This document shows, in pieces, positions 1 to 10,701 of a stretch of 64,000 nt of DNA. The stretch spans positions 46,052-110,051 of the forward strand of contig JBJOHX010000025.1 of the NCBI GenBank assembly GCA_046047415.1, read 5' to 3'. The notes below the pieces were generated by a model, which saw only the letters and a list, made by a program, of their open reading frames with translations, searched no databases and was not told the origin of the DNA. The DNA is from Bacteroidota bacterium (GTDB lineage Bacteria; Bacteroidota; Bacteroidia; Flavobacteriales; Flavobacteriaceae). How positions within the stretch are numbered: position 1 is the stretch's first letter; the number at the start of each line of letters is the position of its first letter. Made by a program: the position numbers and the translations under genes.

Positions 1-703
1 ACTCTCGTCCTTTTGGTTGTATTTTGTAACCTCAACTACCTATAAACTGGCAGTAAATCTGGTAGACAGCATGAAAATGGAGGTGGTTGCAAAAGACAAT
101 AAACTGGTGCAGTTACTTCAAATTCCGGTTCACAGTTATGAAGAAGCTATTGATATGGCTTTTAAAATGATTGAACAGAATACCGTTATTAGCAGTTGGA
201 AAGACAGTCTTGTAAGTGGTAGGTTCGATCAGAATCTGGTGAAGTATATTCAGGTGCCGCGTTATGGGGTCCTTACCGATTTCAGAATGCTCCCCATTGC
301 AAACCGGGAGCAAGTTTTAGATCGCATTTGGAAAATTGGAGGAGAAACAGGTTGGTACCATATGAATTTTCTCTGGAAATTTCGCGGCTTTTTGGATAAA
401 CTAGCAGGTGGTGTTGGCCTGAGACGGGGTCGAACACATCCCGATCGTTTGTACCCAGGAGATGCTTTAGATTTTTGGCGCGTTCTTGTAGCAGACCGTG
501 AAGGTGGACGACTCTTGCTTTTTGCAGAAATGAAGCTGCCCGGCGAAGCTTGGCTCGAATTCCATTTAGACGAAAACCAGGTACTGCACCAAAAGGCCAT
601 CTTTAGGCCCAGGGGCTTAAAAGGCCGACTGTACTGGTACAGTGTATTGCCTTTTCATTTTTTCATCTTTGGGGGTATGATTCGACATATTGGGGAACCT
701 TGA
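1..703 (+). CDS. C-terminal part of an NAD(P)H-binding/SDR-like protein with a DUF2867-type domain (5' end outside window)
   Basis: The frame is open from the window edge to the stop at 701-703; the track ORF starts at an internal TTG at 17. The pattern WYHMNFLWKFRGFLDKLAGGVGLRRGR ... DFWRV ... EMKLPGEAWLEF is recognised as a DUF2867-like C-terminal domain. Confidence 0.55.
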   Translation, partial: LSSFWLYFVTSTTYKLAVNLVDSMKMEVVAKDNKLVQLLQIPVHSYEEAIDMAFKMIEQNTVISSWKDSLVSGRFDQNLVKYIQVPRYGVLTDFRMLPIANREQVLDRIWKIGGETGWYHMNFLWKFRGFLDKLAGGVGLRRGRTHPDRLYPGDALDFWRVLVADREGGRLLLFAEMKLPGEAWLEFHLDENQVLHQKAIFRPRGLKGRLYWYSVLPFHFFIFGGMIRHIGEP

Positions 704-721
704 TGGACTCAAATTGGGACG

Positions 722-1699
722 CTACTCCTTAACTGATCTAGGCAAAAACACCTCTGCGAGCATACAGCGCGCACTTCCCCCTCCACAAGTTTCAATGGTA
801 TCTAACGGACTGGAAATGATACGGGAAGTTTTTTCGATGCCAGCCACCTGTTTGGCAGTTAGCGAATTTCTTGCTGCCTGACTCATCACCAAAAGTCGCT
901 CCCCATTATGCCCCAGGATCTGAAGCATATTTCCTGCAAATTGGTGCATCTGTTGTTCTGAGATCTCAATAATTTCCTTGCCACTGGATTTTAAATGGTG
1001 TAACACCTGTTTACGTTCTTTTTTATCGTCTATGCACGAGAGACAAATGACTGCAAAAGTTTCTGCGAGACACATCATTACGTTCGTGTGATAGATGGGC
1101 AGACGCTTTCCTTGAACCGACTGATTAGCAGTAAAGATAACGGGAGCCATATCAAAATCTTCACAGAATTCGATGAACAATTCTTCGTCTGCCCGTTCGG
1201 ATATTGCACAATAAGCAATGCCATGTTCCCGATCCAGGAGCAAGCTCCCAGTACCCTCTAGAAACACACCTTCATCTTCTGCTCCGGTATAGTCCATAAC
1301 CTCTCGAATTTCGAAACCCGTGTCTTCGAGGATTTCTAAAATATCTTCGCGCCGCTCTTTTCTCCTATTCTCCGCAAACATAGGGTACAGCACAACGGTT
1401 CCGTCTTGGTGAAACGACACCCAATTATTGGGAAATATGGAGTCTGGAGTGTTGGGCTCTGGGGAGTCATTTACCACAACAACACGAACACCGGCACCAA
1501 TAAGGACTTGAACCAATCCGTCAAATTCAGCTTGTGCCTTTTGATTGATAACCGACTGTTGCAGGATAAGATCCTCCTGAAAATAATTATTTACGGCAGT
1601 CTCTTCGTTTTTTCGAAATTGCACCGGCCGAATCATTAAGACCGTATTGGTGATTTGCATTTGCTGCGATGTTACTTTAAAAGACATAATAGTTTCCAT
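722..1699 (-). CDS. Arginine-deiminase-related / CtlX-like hydrolase (guanidino-group-modifying enzyme fold)
   Basis: N-terminus NTVLMIRPVQFRKNEETAVNNYFQ and C-terminal GGGSARCMLAEVF (nucleophile Cys motif of the amidinotransferase/ADI/DDAH superfamily). The start is ambiguous: TTG 1708, ATG 1699 or ATG 1687. Confidence 0.7.
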   Translation of the reverse strand: METIMSFKVTSQQMQITNTVLMIRPVQFRKNEETAVNNYFQEDLILQQSVINQKAQAEFDGLVQVLIGAGVRVVVVNDSPEPNTPDSIFPNNWVSFHQDGTVVLYPMFAENRRKERREDILEILEDTGFEIREVMDYTGAEDEGVFLEGTGSLLLDREHGIAYCAISERADEELFIEFCEDFDMAPVIFTANQSVQGKRLPIYHTNVMMCLAETFAVICLSCIDDKKERKQVLHHLKSSGKEIIEISEQQMHQFAGNMLQILGHNGERLLVMSQAARNSLTAKQVAGIEKTSRIISSPLDTIETCGGGSARCMLAEVFLPRSVKE

Positions 1700-1777
1700 T
1701 ACACCCAAAAAATCCCCAGATTTCTGTGAAATTCCCGGTTAATTTTACGCTTGCATGTTTATGCTGAGTAAAACATG

Positions 1778-2692
1778 TTATCCTCTGCGCAAAGGGAGCG
1801 TGCTACAGCGTAATAAACCGCCTTGCTTGCCCACCTCTCCAAAGGCAATTTCTTCTACTGTTATACCCCTTTCTCTTAGCCATGAATTTAAGCGATAAAA
1901 ACTTTGTTCGGAAACAACAATATTTGGTGCTATAGAAAAAACATTAGAATTCATACGATACATTTCTTCCGTATCTATTTCAAAAACATTTGAAGCTCCA
2001 AAATAAGAAAGTATCCAATCTACATCTTTCGAATCTAAAAAACTCTCCCGATGCAAAATAGCTAAATTACAGCCTACAGGCTGAAAACAACAATCCAGAT
2101 GTAAGGCATTCCGTCGCGGATCTGTGTTGGATTTTCTCAATTCAAAAGCTTTAATCTTGCGATTGGGAAATTGAAGGGTCAAATAGTCTACCGCCTCCTT
2201 GTTGGTTCGGGCGGTTATATAATCCGCATAATCCGGTTTTGTATAGGTACCAATAAACAAATAGTCGTCCCATGGCATTACATCTCCTCCTTCAATATGA
2301 ACCTCGGCCGGAGGTATCAAAAGCTGATTGGGAGCTATTTGGTCCAAAACGTGGACTATGGCTTCAAATTCGCGCTCCCGATCTGGCAGAATATTGGCCT
2401 TAACCATTTTGTTGTCGATAACAAAGGCTATGTCCCTCGAGAATATTTGATTACAACCCGGAATTACCTCGGGCCTAAAAACTCGAACGTTATGTTTTAG
2501 CAATACTGCTTCAAAAGCTTCTAGTTCACGAATCATATCCGATTCCACCGGATAAGTACCCGCTAAGATAAATTCTAGGGATTTGGGATCATAGGCTTCT
2601 TCCGGACTTGGCATTTGGCCATTGTCTTTTGCCGTTCCTAATACCACCGCCTCTAAAACCGAAGTTTCATCCTTAATTTGCAAATCCAACAT
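1778..2692 (-). CDS. Amidinotransferase / dimethylarginine dimethylaminohydrolase-family protein
   Basis: 304 aa with an ATG start. It has an HLDCCF motif and C-terminal GGLLRCSTLPL (catalytic Cys). It is a second member of the same superfamily, in tandem with 722-1699. Confidence 0.7.
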   Translation of the reverse strand: MLDLQIKDETSVLEAVVLGTAKDNGQMPSPEEAYDPKSLEFILAGTYPVESDMIRELEAFEAVLLKHNVRVFRPEVIPGCNQIFSRDIAFVIDNKMVKANILPDREREFEAIVHVLDQIAPNQLLIPPAEVHIEGGDVMPWDDYLFIGTYTKPDYADYITARTNKEAVDYLTLQFPNRKIKAFELRKSNTDPRRNALHLDCCFQPVGCNLAILHRESFLDSKDVDWILSYFGASNVFEIDTEEMYRMNSNVFSIAPNIVVSEQSFYRLNSWLRERGITVEEIAFGEVGKQGGLLRCSTLPLRRG

Positions 2693-2713
2693 ACGGCTGT
2701 GATTTTAATCCAT

Positions 2714-2742
2714 AAAAAAGGGTATCCTAAATTTGAATACCC
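2714..2742 (-). terminator. Intrinsic terminator after gltA
   Basis: On the minus strand: GGGTAT-N11-ATACCC followed by TTTTTT. It lies 22 nt downstream of the gltA stop. Confidence 0.7.
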
Positions 2743-2763
2743 TTTGTATTTTCCTTTTAAGAA

Positions 2764-4047
2764 CTATCGTTCGTTCAACGATTTAAAGGGCCTGAGATTC
2801 TCGCCAACATACACCTGACGCGGTCTGCCTATGGGTTCTGATTTTAATCGCATTTCTCGCCATTGTGCAATCCACCCGGGTAATCTACCCATAGCGAACA
2901 TTACAGTAAACATTTCTACAGGAATGCCCAACGCACGATAGATAATTCCAGAGTAAAAATCAACATTGGGATAGAGTTTACGATCTACAAAATACGGATC
3001 TTCCAGGGCTTCCCTTTCTAATCCTTTAGCAATATCCAATATGGGGTCCTCTTTCCCTAAGGCATCGAGCACATTGTCTGCGGCTTTTTTTATGATCCGA
3101 GCACGAGGGTCAAAATTTTTATATACCCTATGCCCAAATCCCATCAGTCGAAAGGGATCATTTTTATCCTTGGCCTTTGCCATATACTTCTTGGTGTCGC
3201 CATCGTCTTGGGCAATGGCTTCTAGCATTTCAAGTACTGCTTGATTTGCACCTCCGTGAAGTGGTCCCCACAATGCAGAAATTCCTGCAGATATGGATGC
3301 AAACAAACCGGCGTGTGAGGAGCCAACTATTCGCACTGTAGAGGTAGAACAGTTTTGCTCGTGGTCTGCGTGCAAAATCAGCAATTTATCTAGAGCCTCA
3401 ATCTCAATGTCATTTTTGCGATATTCCCGATTAGGCTTCTTAAACATCATTTTGTGAAGGTTCTCTACATAACCCAGATTATCGTCTCCATAATCCAAGG
3501 GTAACCCCGCACGTTTTCTGTGAGTCCAAGCTACCAATACCGGAAACTTAGCAAGTAACCGCACAATCGCATGATACATGGCCTTTTCAGAAGACACATT
3601 CACAGAAGAGGGATTAAACGCAATCAATGCACTGGTAAGGGATGCAATTACACCCATGGGATGCGCGGATTTTGGAAATCCGTCTATGATTTTCTTCATT
3701 TCCTCATCTACGTGAGATTCGGCCTTGATGTCTTCATGAAACTGACGCAGTTGTTCTTCATTAGGTAACTCACCGAAAATCAGCAAATAGGCTACTTCTA
3801 AAAAATCTGCCTTTTCTGCCAATTCCTCAATCGCGTATCCACGATACCTCAATATACCTTTTTCACCATCCAGAAAAGTAATAGCACTTTCACAAGACCC
3901 GGTATTCTTATACCCTGGATCTAGTGTAATCATTCCCGTTGCAGCACGGAGGCTATTGATATCAATCGCCAATTCCTTTTCGGTACCCTCTACGACTGGT
4001 AATTCATAGGTTTTTCCGTCGTATGATAAGCTTGCAGTATTAGACAT
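2764..4047 (-). CDS. gltA: Citrate synthase
   Basis: 427 aa with the citrate synthase signature GFGHRVYKNFDPRA and a typical N-terminus, SLSYDGKTYELPVVEGTE. Confidence 0.95.
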   Translation of the reverse strand: MSNTASLSYDGKTYELPVVEGTEKELAIDINSLRAATGMITLDPGYKNTGSCESAITFLDGEKGILRYRGYAIEELAEKADFLEVAYLLIFGELPNEEQLRQFHEDIKAESHVDEEMKKIIDGFPKSAHPMGVIASLTSALIAFNPSSVNVSSEKAMYHAIVRLLAKFPVLVAWTHRKRAGLPLDYGDDNLGYVENLHKMMFKKPNREYRKNDIEIEALDKLLILHADHEQNCSTSTVRIVGSSHAGLFASISAGISALWGPLHGGANQAVLEMLEAIAQDDGDTKKYMAKAKDKNDPFRLMGFGHRVYKNFDPRARIIKKAADNVLDALGKEDPILDIAKGLEREALEDPYFVDRKLYPNVDFYSGIIYRALGIPVEMFTVMFAMGRLPGWIAQWREMRLKSEPIGRPRQVYVGENLRPFKSLNER

Positions 4048-4103
4048 TAATTTTCTGGATTTAATTTAAAAAAAGTATCGTAAAAATACGAAAAACTAGT
4101 GGC

Positions 4104-4147
4104 GTGAACAATTCACAAAACCGATTTCCACATGACTGTTTTGTGAA
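4104..4147. repeat. Inverted-repeat cluster between the glgA-like stop and the gltA start
   Basis: GTGAA-CAA-TTCAC palindrome at 4104-4116. A 10-bp perfect inverted repeat, TTCACAAAAC (4112-4121) / GTTTTGTGAA (4138-4147), abuts the stop codon at 4148. Confidence 0.5.
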
Positions 4148-5683
4148 TTATTTCCTGTAGAGCTGTTGGTAATATTCCGCTACCGATTTCTCCCAGGTAA
4201 AGCGCATATTACGCGCATTGGTTCGCAGCGCTTGCCAGCGCTCCGGTTGTTCAAAATATAAGGTAAGAGCCTCGTTAAAAACCAGTTGAAACGACTCTAA
4301 TTTTTGATTGTAGGTCTCCCCATCAAATAAAAATCCTGTCTGCCGATGTTCAATCGTGTCTTTTAAACCCCCGGTGGCATGGGCCAAAACCGGGTTGCCG
4401 TTGCGCATGGAAAGCATCTGACTTATTCCGCAAGGCTCAAATAAACTAGGCATGATATACAAATCCGTCTCCAAATACATAGAATCGATAAGGTCTTCAG
4501 ATTGCCCATTGGTAAATATGAAATTTGGATGCGAATAACTCATATTTCGAAACAATTCTTCGTATTCGGGCGCACCTGTACCTAGCAACATAAATATTCC
4601 ATTTACCTCCTCCAACTTAAGCAGCATAGTTGATAGGATTTCAGGATTATTTTTAAAGAAATAAAATTTTTGCTCTGTGAGCCTTGCAATACTGGAACAT
4701 ATAAAGGCCGGTGGACGCTCAATATAACCCACCACCTTTTCTCCGGTATGGGCAAGAAAATCGGCTTTGTATTTTTTAGATTCCTCTTGCAACCAGCAAA
4801 ATAAAGCCTTTACTGTATTCTTGAATATGGCCCCCCGAGCAGCTGTACGAATATTTTCATAATTACAGCCATTTAAAATACCAAACAATCGGCCGGCAAC
4901 TTGGGCCTGTTGCAAATCTAACTCCAAACCTTCTCCTCCAATAAACTCCGGCGGCACGCTAGGCTTCACGATATCTTCCATATAGGATGGCGAAACTGTA
5001 TGTACCGCATCTGCAAGCCTAATCCCAACCGCCATAAGATTAATACAATCCGGATAGCGGTAATCCATTAACCTTTCTGTCGGATATGTAATACCGGGAA
5101 ACCAGTGTTCCAACGAGGCATAATTATTCGCGAAAGGTCGTATTCCCTGAATTGCTAGGTTGTGAATACTGTACACAAACCGAATGGAATTGAGCTTACC
5201 ATAATCTGGGTGGTATTCTTTTATAAACAACAACATACTGGTATGCCAATCGTGCAAATGCACGACTTGAATTGGACCAAACATCTGTTGCTTTAGTGCT
5301 TCTGCAACTCCGGCACAAAAAATAGTAAACTTATAAAAATCGGTAAAGAAAGGTTCTTTAGAATCGTTGTGATAGATGTGGGCAATATCTCCTGCTTGTA
5401 TTTCACCATGGTGAATTACGTAATGCGTGATGTGTTCAAGCTCCTTCTTTGGTTTGGCCTCATAGAGTTCTAATGTGTACTCGCTTCCTCGGAGTTTTAC
5501 AGCCAGTAACCGCAGAAACTTGCCGTTTTGATGTAATCGGCCATAAGATGGCGTTATCACATGTACCCTATCGCCTTTTACGGCAATTTGTCTAGGCACA
5601 TCTCTAACAACGTCTCCCATGCCCCCGGCTTTGCAAGCAGGTAAGGCATCATTTTCGGCGGAAACAAATAAAAAGTGTTGCAT
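4148..5683 (-). CDS. GT5-family glycogen/starch-synthase-like glycosyltransferase
   Basis: 511 aa. The N-terminal motif ACKAGGMGDVVRDVP corresponds to K-x-GGL-x-DV of GlgA, and LFEPCGISQM is a C-terminal GT-B motif. No other glg genes are nearby. Confidence 0.75.
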   Translation of the reverse strand: MQHFLFVSAENDALPACKAGGMGDVVRDVPRQIAVKGDRVHVITPSYGRLHQNGKFLRLLAVKLRGSEYTLELYEAKPKKELEHITHYVIHHGEIQAGDIAHIYHNDSKEPFFTDFYKFTIFCAGVAEALKQQMFGPIQVVHLHDWHTSMLLFIKEYHPDYGKLNSIRFVYSIHNLAIQGIRPFANNYASLEHWFPGITYPTERLMDYRYPDCINLMAVGIRLADAVHTVSPSYMEDIVKPSVPPEFIGGEGLELDLQQAQVAGRLFGILNGCNYENIRTAARGAIFKNTVKALFCWLQEESKKYKADFLAHTGEKVVGYIERPPAFICSSIARLTEQKFYFFKNNPEILSTMLLKLEEVNGIFMLLGTGAPEYEELFRNMSYSHPNFIFTNGQSEDLIDSMYLETDLYIMPSLFEPCGISQMLSMRNGNPVLAHATGGLKDTIEHRQTGFLFDGETYNQKLESFQLVFNEALTLYFEQPERWQALRTNARNMRFTWEKSVAEYYQQLYRK

Positions 5684-5731
5684 TTTCTCTCTTTAATAAT
5701 ATCGCTGCGATATAAAAATATAGCCAAAAAC

Positions 5732-5761
5732 AAAAAAGACCTCACTTATTGAGGTCTTTTT
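5732..5761 (-). terminator. Intrinsic terminator after eno (symmetrical, flanked by A and T runs)
   Basis: GACCTCA-CTTAT-TGAGGTC with an A6 run upstream and a T5 run downstream on the plus strand. On the minus strand this is a hairpin plus U-tract 19 nt after the eno stop. Confidence 0.75.
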
Positions 5762-5779
5762 GTTCAGATAATCATCGAA

Positions 5780-7081
<1,302 letters not shown>

Positions 7082-7172
7082 TTATTCGATTGCTTTTTCC
7101 GGCGGCAAATATACAAAAGCCAAAAGGCTTATAATCTTATTTTTCAACCTATTTCACTCACCTAACAATATC

Positions 7173-8300
7173 TTAATGCACTGTGTTTTTTGTAGTGCTT
7201 TCTTTGATTGCATCAAAAAACTGATCAAAAAGATATTCCGCATCGTGCGGACCAGGACTAGCCTCGGGATGGTATTGTACGGAAAAAACACGCTTGCTCT
7301 TCATTCGAATTCCAGCAACGGTCTTATCATTCAGGTGCACGTGTGTAATTTCTAGTTCAGGATGACGTTCTGTTTCTTCTCGATTTACAGCAAATCCATG
7401 ATTTTGTGAAGTGATTTCACCCTTACCTGTAAGCAGATTCATTACTGGATGATTTATTCCACGATGTCCGTGATGCATTTTATAGGTGCTTACGCCATTT
7501 GCCAAAGCAATGACCTGATGCCCAAGGCAGATACCAAAAAGCGGTTTATCCGAGGTAATAATTTTCTGTGCGGCAGCAATAGGACCTAACAAAGGCTGTG
7601 GGTCTCCGGGCCCATTGGATATAAAATAACCGTCGGGATTCCAGGCAGCCATTTCCTCAAAGGGCGTGCTATGGGGAAATACCTGAATGTAAGCGCCACG
7701 TTTTTCCAGGTTTCTTAGAATATTTTTTTTAATTCCAATATCCAAGGCAGCTACACGTATTTTTGAATCAGGATTTCCTATAAAATATGGCACACTGGCC
7801 GATACTTTGGATGCCAGCTCAAGGCCTTCCATACTTGGAACAGCCTCCAATTCACGTTTTAACCCCTCTAAATCGTTTACCCGCGTAGAAATAACGGCAT
7901 TCATTGCCCCATTATCGCGAATGTAGCTCACCAATGCCCGAGTATCGACATCAGAGATTGCAAACAAATTATTTTGATTTAAAAAATCCAGTAAGCTATG
8001 ATCCGCCTCGGGCCGACTGTAATGGTATGAGAAATTTTTACAAATCAGCCCGGCAATTTTGACACTTTCCGATTCCACTTCATCTATAGCCGTTCCGTAA
8101 TTTCCAATGTGCGCATTGGTGGTTACCATAAGTTGGCCAAAATAGGACGGGTCGGTAAAAATTTCCTGATAGCCGGTCATTCCCGTGTTAAAGCAGACCT
8201 CTCCAAAGGCCGTACCTTCTTGGTCACCCACAGATTTACCGTAGAAAATGGTACCATCTGCCAATAAAATCAACGCTTTTCTTCTGGCTTGATATTTCAT
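7173..8300 (-). CDS. carA: Carbamoyl-phosphate synthase small (glutaminase) subunit
   Basis: 375 aa with the class-I amidotransferase motif GICLGHQ and a C-terminal YHPE-type His/Glu motif (VQYHPEASPGPHD). carB is not adjacent. Confidence 0.93.
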   Translation of the reverse strand: MKYQARRKALILLADGTIFYGKSVGDQEGTAFGEVCFNTGMTGYQEIFTDPSYFGQLMVTTNAHIGNYGTAIDEVESESVKIAGLICKNFSYHYSRPEADHSLLDFLNQNNLFAISDVDTRALVSYIRDNGAMNAVISTRVNDLEGLKRELEAVPSMEGLELASKVSASVPYFIGNPDSKIRVAALDIGIKKNILRNLEKRGAYIQVFPHSTPFEEMAAWNPDGYFISNGPGDPQPLLGPIAAAQKIITSDKPLFGICLGHQVIALANGVSTYKMHHGHRGINHPVMNLLTGKGEITSQNHGFAVNREETERHPELEITHVHLNDKTVAGIRMKSKRVFSVQYHPEASPGPHDAEYLFDQFFDAIKESTTKNTVH

Positions 8301-8339
8301 TAAAACAAGGTATTTATAAAATTATAGACAAAATAACAC

Positions 8340-8370
8340 AAAAAAAAGGATAGCCTTTACTGACTATCCT
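8340..8370 (-). terminator. Intrinsic terminator ending the ribosomal superoperon (after rplQ)
   Basis: On the minus strand: AGGATAG-N10-CTATCCT followed by T8. It lies about 30 nt downstream of the rplQ stop. Confidence 0.8.
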
Positions 8371-8402
8371 TTCCTTCTTTATAACTTTTCAAAACCAATG
8401 AT

Positions 8403-8960
8403 TCAGGATTCTGCTTCATTCGTTTGAATATCTTCTTGAGCTTCAGTGGCCGCCTCATTGGCTTTGGCAGTTGCTTTGGCTGCTGCTGGCTTAGCTTCAG
8501 GAGCAACCTGCTCGTCTTTACCTTTACCTCTGCGACTACGACGCGTAGATTTTTTAGCAGGTTTCCCGGCATTGTAAATTTCATTGAAATCTACGAGCTC
8601 AATCATCGCCATATCCGCATTGTCACCTAAACGATTTCCCAATTTAATGATTCGGGTATATCCTCCGGGACGGGCTGCAATTTTCTCAGCTACAGCCCCA
8701 AATAATTCGGTTACTGCATGCTTATTGCGCAGGTTACTAAAAACAATCCTGCGGTTGTGCATCCCTTTTTCGGCAGATTGGTTGTTCTCTGATTTTGATT
8801 TGGTAATCAGCGGCTCAATAAATTGCTTTAGCGCTTTGGCTTTAGCCACTGTGGTATTGATACGCTTATGTTCAATAAGAGAACATGCCATATTGGCTAG
8901 CATAGCCTTTCGGTGCGCCGATGTTCTTCCTAGGTGATTGACTTTCTTTCCGTGTCTCAT
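8403..8960 (-). CDS. rplQ: 50S ribosomal protein L17 with a long K/A/E-rich C-terminal tail
   Basis: N-terminus [21 protein letters not shown]. It is the last gene of the alpha operon, after rpoA. Confidence 0.97.
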   Translation of the reverse strand: MRHGKKVNHLGRTSAHRKAMLANMACSLIEHKRINTTVAKAKALKQFIEPLITKSKSENNQSAEKGMHNRRIVFSNLRNKHAVTELFGAVAEKIAARPGGYTRIIKLGNRLGDNADMAMIELVDFNEIYNAGKPAKKSTRRSRRGKGKDEQVAPEAKPAAAKATAKANEAATEAQEDIQTNEAES

Positions 8961-8998
8961 CGTTACTATAGTTTAGCAGTGTGCCTAAGGCCTACTAC

Positions 8999-9991
8999 TT
9001 AATCTTTATCCAATTTATATTTTGAAAGGTCCATTCCAAAACTCAGACCTTTATTAATAACCAACTCCTCCAATTCCGTGAGCGATTTCTTTCCAAAATT
9101 TCGGAATTTCATTAAATCATTCTTATTGAAGGATACCAAGTCTCCAAGCGTATCAACCTCGGCTGCCTTTAGGCAATTTAAAGCCCGCACAGACAGATCC
9201 ATATCTACCAATTTGGTCTTTAACAACTGACGCATATGAAGCGATTCCTCATCATAGGTTTCAGTTTGCGCTATTTCGTCTGCCTCTAATGTTATACGCT
9301 CATCGGAGAATAACATAAAGTGGTGTATCAATACTTTCGCAGCCTCGGTAAGTGCCTCTTTAGGATGAATAGAACCATCTGTAGCTATCTCGAGCACTAA
9401 TTTCTCGTAATCCGTTTTTTGTTCTACACGGTAATTTTCAATGCTGTATTTAACATTGCGAACCGGAGTAAAAATTGAATCTACCGAAATACTGCCAAGA
9501 GGTGCATTGCTCTTCTTGTTCTCTTCTGCAGGAACATACCCGCGACCCTTTTCAATCACAAGCTCAAGATTAAAGCTTACCTTAGGGTCCATATTGCAAA
9601 TTACAAGGTCTGGATTAAGCACTTGAAATCCGGAAATATATTTCTGAAAATCACCAGCGGTCAATTGATCCTTGCCTCCTACAGTAACTGAAACAGTTTC
9701 TTCATTTACGTCATCAATCTGACGTTTGAAACGAACCTGCTTTAAGTTCAGGATCATTTCGGTCACATCTTCCACAACACCCTCAATCACTGAGAATTCG
9801 TGCTCGGCTTTATCGCTGCGTACAGTTGTGATGGCGTACCCTTCAAGAGATGCCAGCAAAACTCTTCTCAGCGCATTCCCGACGGTTAATCCATACCCAG
9901 GCTCCAGAGGGCGAAATTCAAATTTCCCCTCGAAGTCGGTTGAATCTACCATTATTACTTTATCGGGTTTCTGAAAATTTAGTAATGCCAT
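8999..9991 (-). CDS. rpoA: DNA-directed RNA polymerase alpha subunit
   Basis: ATG at 9991 gives [11 protein letters not shown]. The track ORF start at 10033 would overlap rpsD. The C-terminal-domain motif [10 protein letters not shown] is present. Confidence 0.96.
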   Translation of the reverse strand: MALLNFQKPDKVIMVDSTDFEGKFEFRPLEPGYGLTVGNALRRVLLASLEGYAITTVRSDKAEHEFSVIEGVVEDVTEMILNLKQVRFKRQIDDVNEETVSVTVGGKDQLTAGDFQKYISGFQVLNPDLVICNMDPKVSFNLELVIEKGRGYVPAEENKKSNAPLGSISVDSIFTPVRNVKYSIENYRVEQKTDYEKLVLEIATDGSIHPKEALTEAAKVLIHHFMLFSDERITLEADEIAQTETYDEESLHMRQLLKTKLVDMDLSVRALNCLKAAEVDTLGDLVSFNKNDLMKFRNFGKKSLTELEELVINKGLSFGMDLSKYKLDKD

Positions 9992-10010
9992 AATAGAATC
10001 GGTGTTGTTA

Positions 10011-10616
10011 TTATTTAGAGTATAACTCGACAATCAGTTGCTCCTTGATGTTCTCAGGAATCTGAAGTCTTTCTGGTACTGCTACAAAAGTTCCCTCCTT
10101 TTTCTCGGAGTTCCAAGTAATCCACTCGTATACGGTGCTGCTAGCAGCTAAAGCATCGGAAATGCTTTGAAGAGACTTTGATTTTTCGCGCACACCAACC
10201 ACATCTCCAGCTCTTAGAGAGTAAGAAGGAATGTTTACCACGTCACCATTAACAGTGATATGACGGTGAGAAACCAACTGGCGAGCAGCTCTACGAGATG
10301 GGGCAATACCCATTCGGTAAACAACATTGTCTAAACGAGATTCGCATAGTTGTAGCAACACCTCTCCGGTTACACCTTTGCTGCGGTTTGCCTGAACAAA
10401 CAGATTACTGAACTGACGCTCAAGTATACCGTAAGTATATTTGGCCTTCTGCTTTTCTTGAAGCTGAATCGCGTATTCCGATTTTTTGCCACGACGTTTA
10501 TTTGCACCGTGCTGCCCTGGAGGATAATTTTTCTTTTCGAAAGACTTATCGTCTCCGAAAATAGGCTCGCCAAATTTACGAGCAATTTTTGTTTTTGGTC
10601 CTGTATATCTAGCCAT
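10011..10616 (-). CDS. rpsD: 30S ribosomal protein S4
   Basis: N-terminus [20 protein letters not shown], 201 aa, in the expected alpha-operon position. Confidence 0.97.
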   Translation of the reverse strand: MARYTGPKTKIARKFGEPIFGDDKSFEKKNYPPGQHGANKRRGKKSEYAIQLQEKQKAKYTYGILERQFSNLFVQANRSKGVTGEVLLQLCESRLDNVVYRMGIAPSRRAARQLVSHRHITVNGDVVNIPSYSLRAGDVVGVREKSKSLQSISDALAASSTVYEWITWNSEKKEGTFVAVPERLQIPENIKEQLIVELYSK

Positions 10617-10701
10617 TTTCTAAGTATTAAGAGGTGTGGTCATGAATTAAGGCATATCCTTCGACAACCGTAAAAACACCCCTGATAAAATATTGGTTTA
10701 A
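10617..10701 (-). promoter_or_regulatory. Candidate structured rpsD (S4) leader in the rpsK-rpsD spacer
   Basis: In the minus-strand RNA, AGGGGUGU (10676-10683) can pair with ACACCUCU (10630-10637) over 8 bp with one G-U pair. This helix encloses a small AAGG/CCUU hairpin and ends about 13 nt before the rpsD AUG. Confidence 0.3.
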
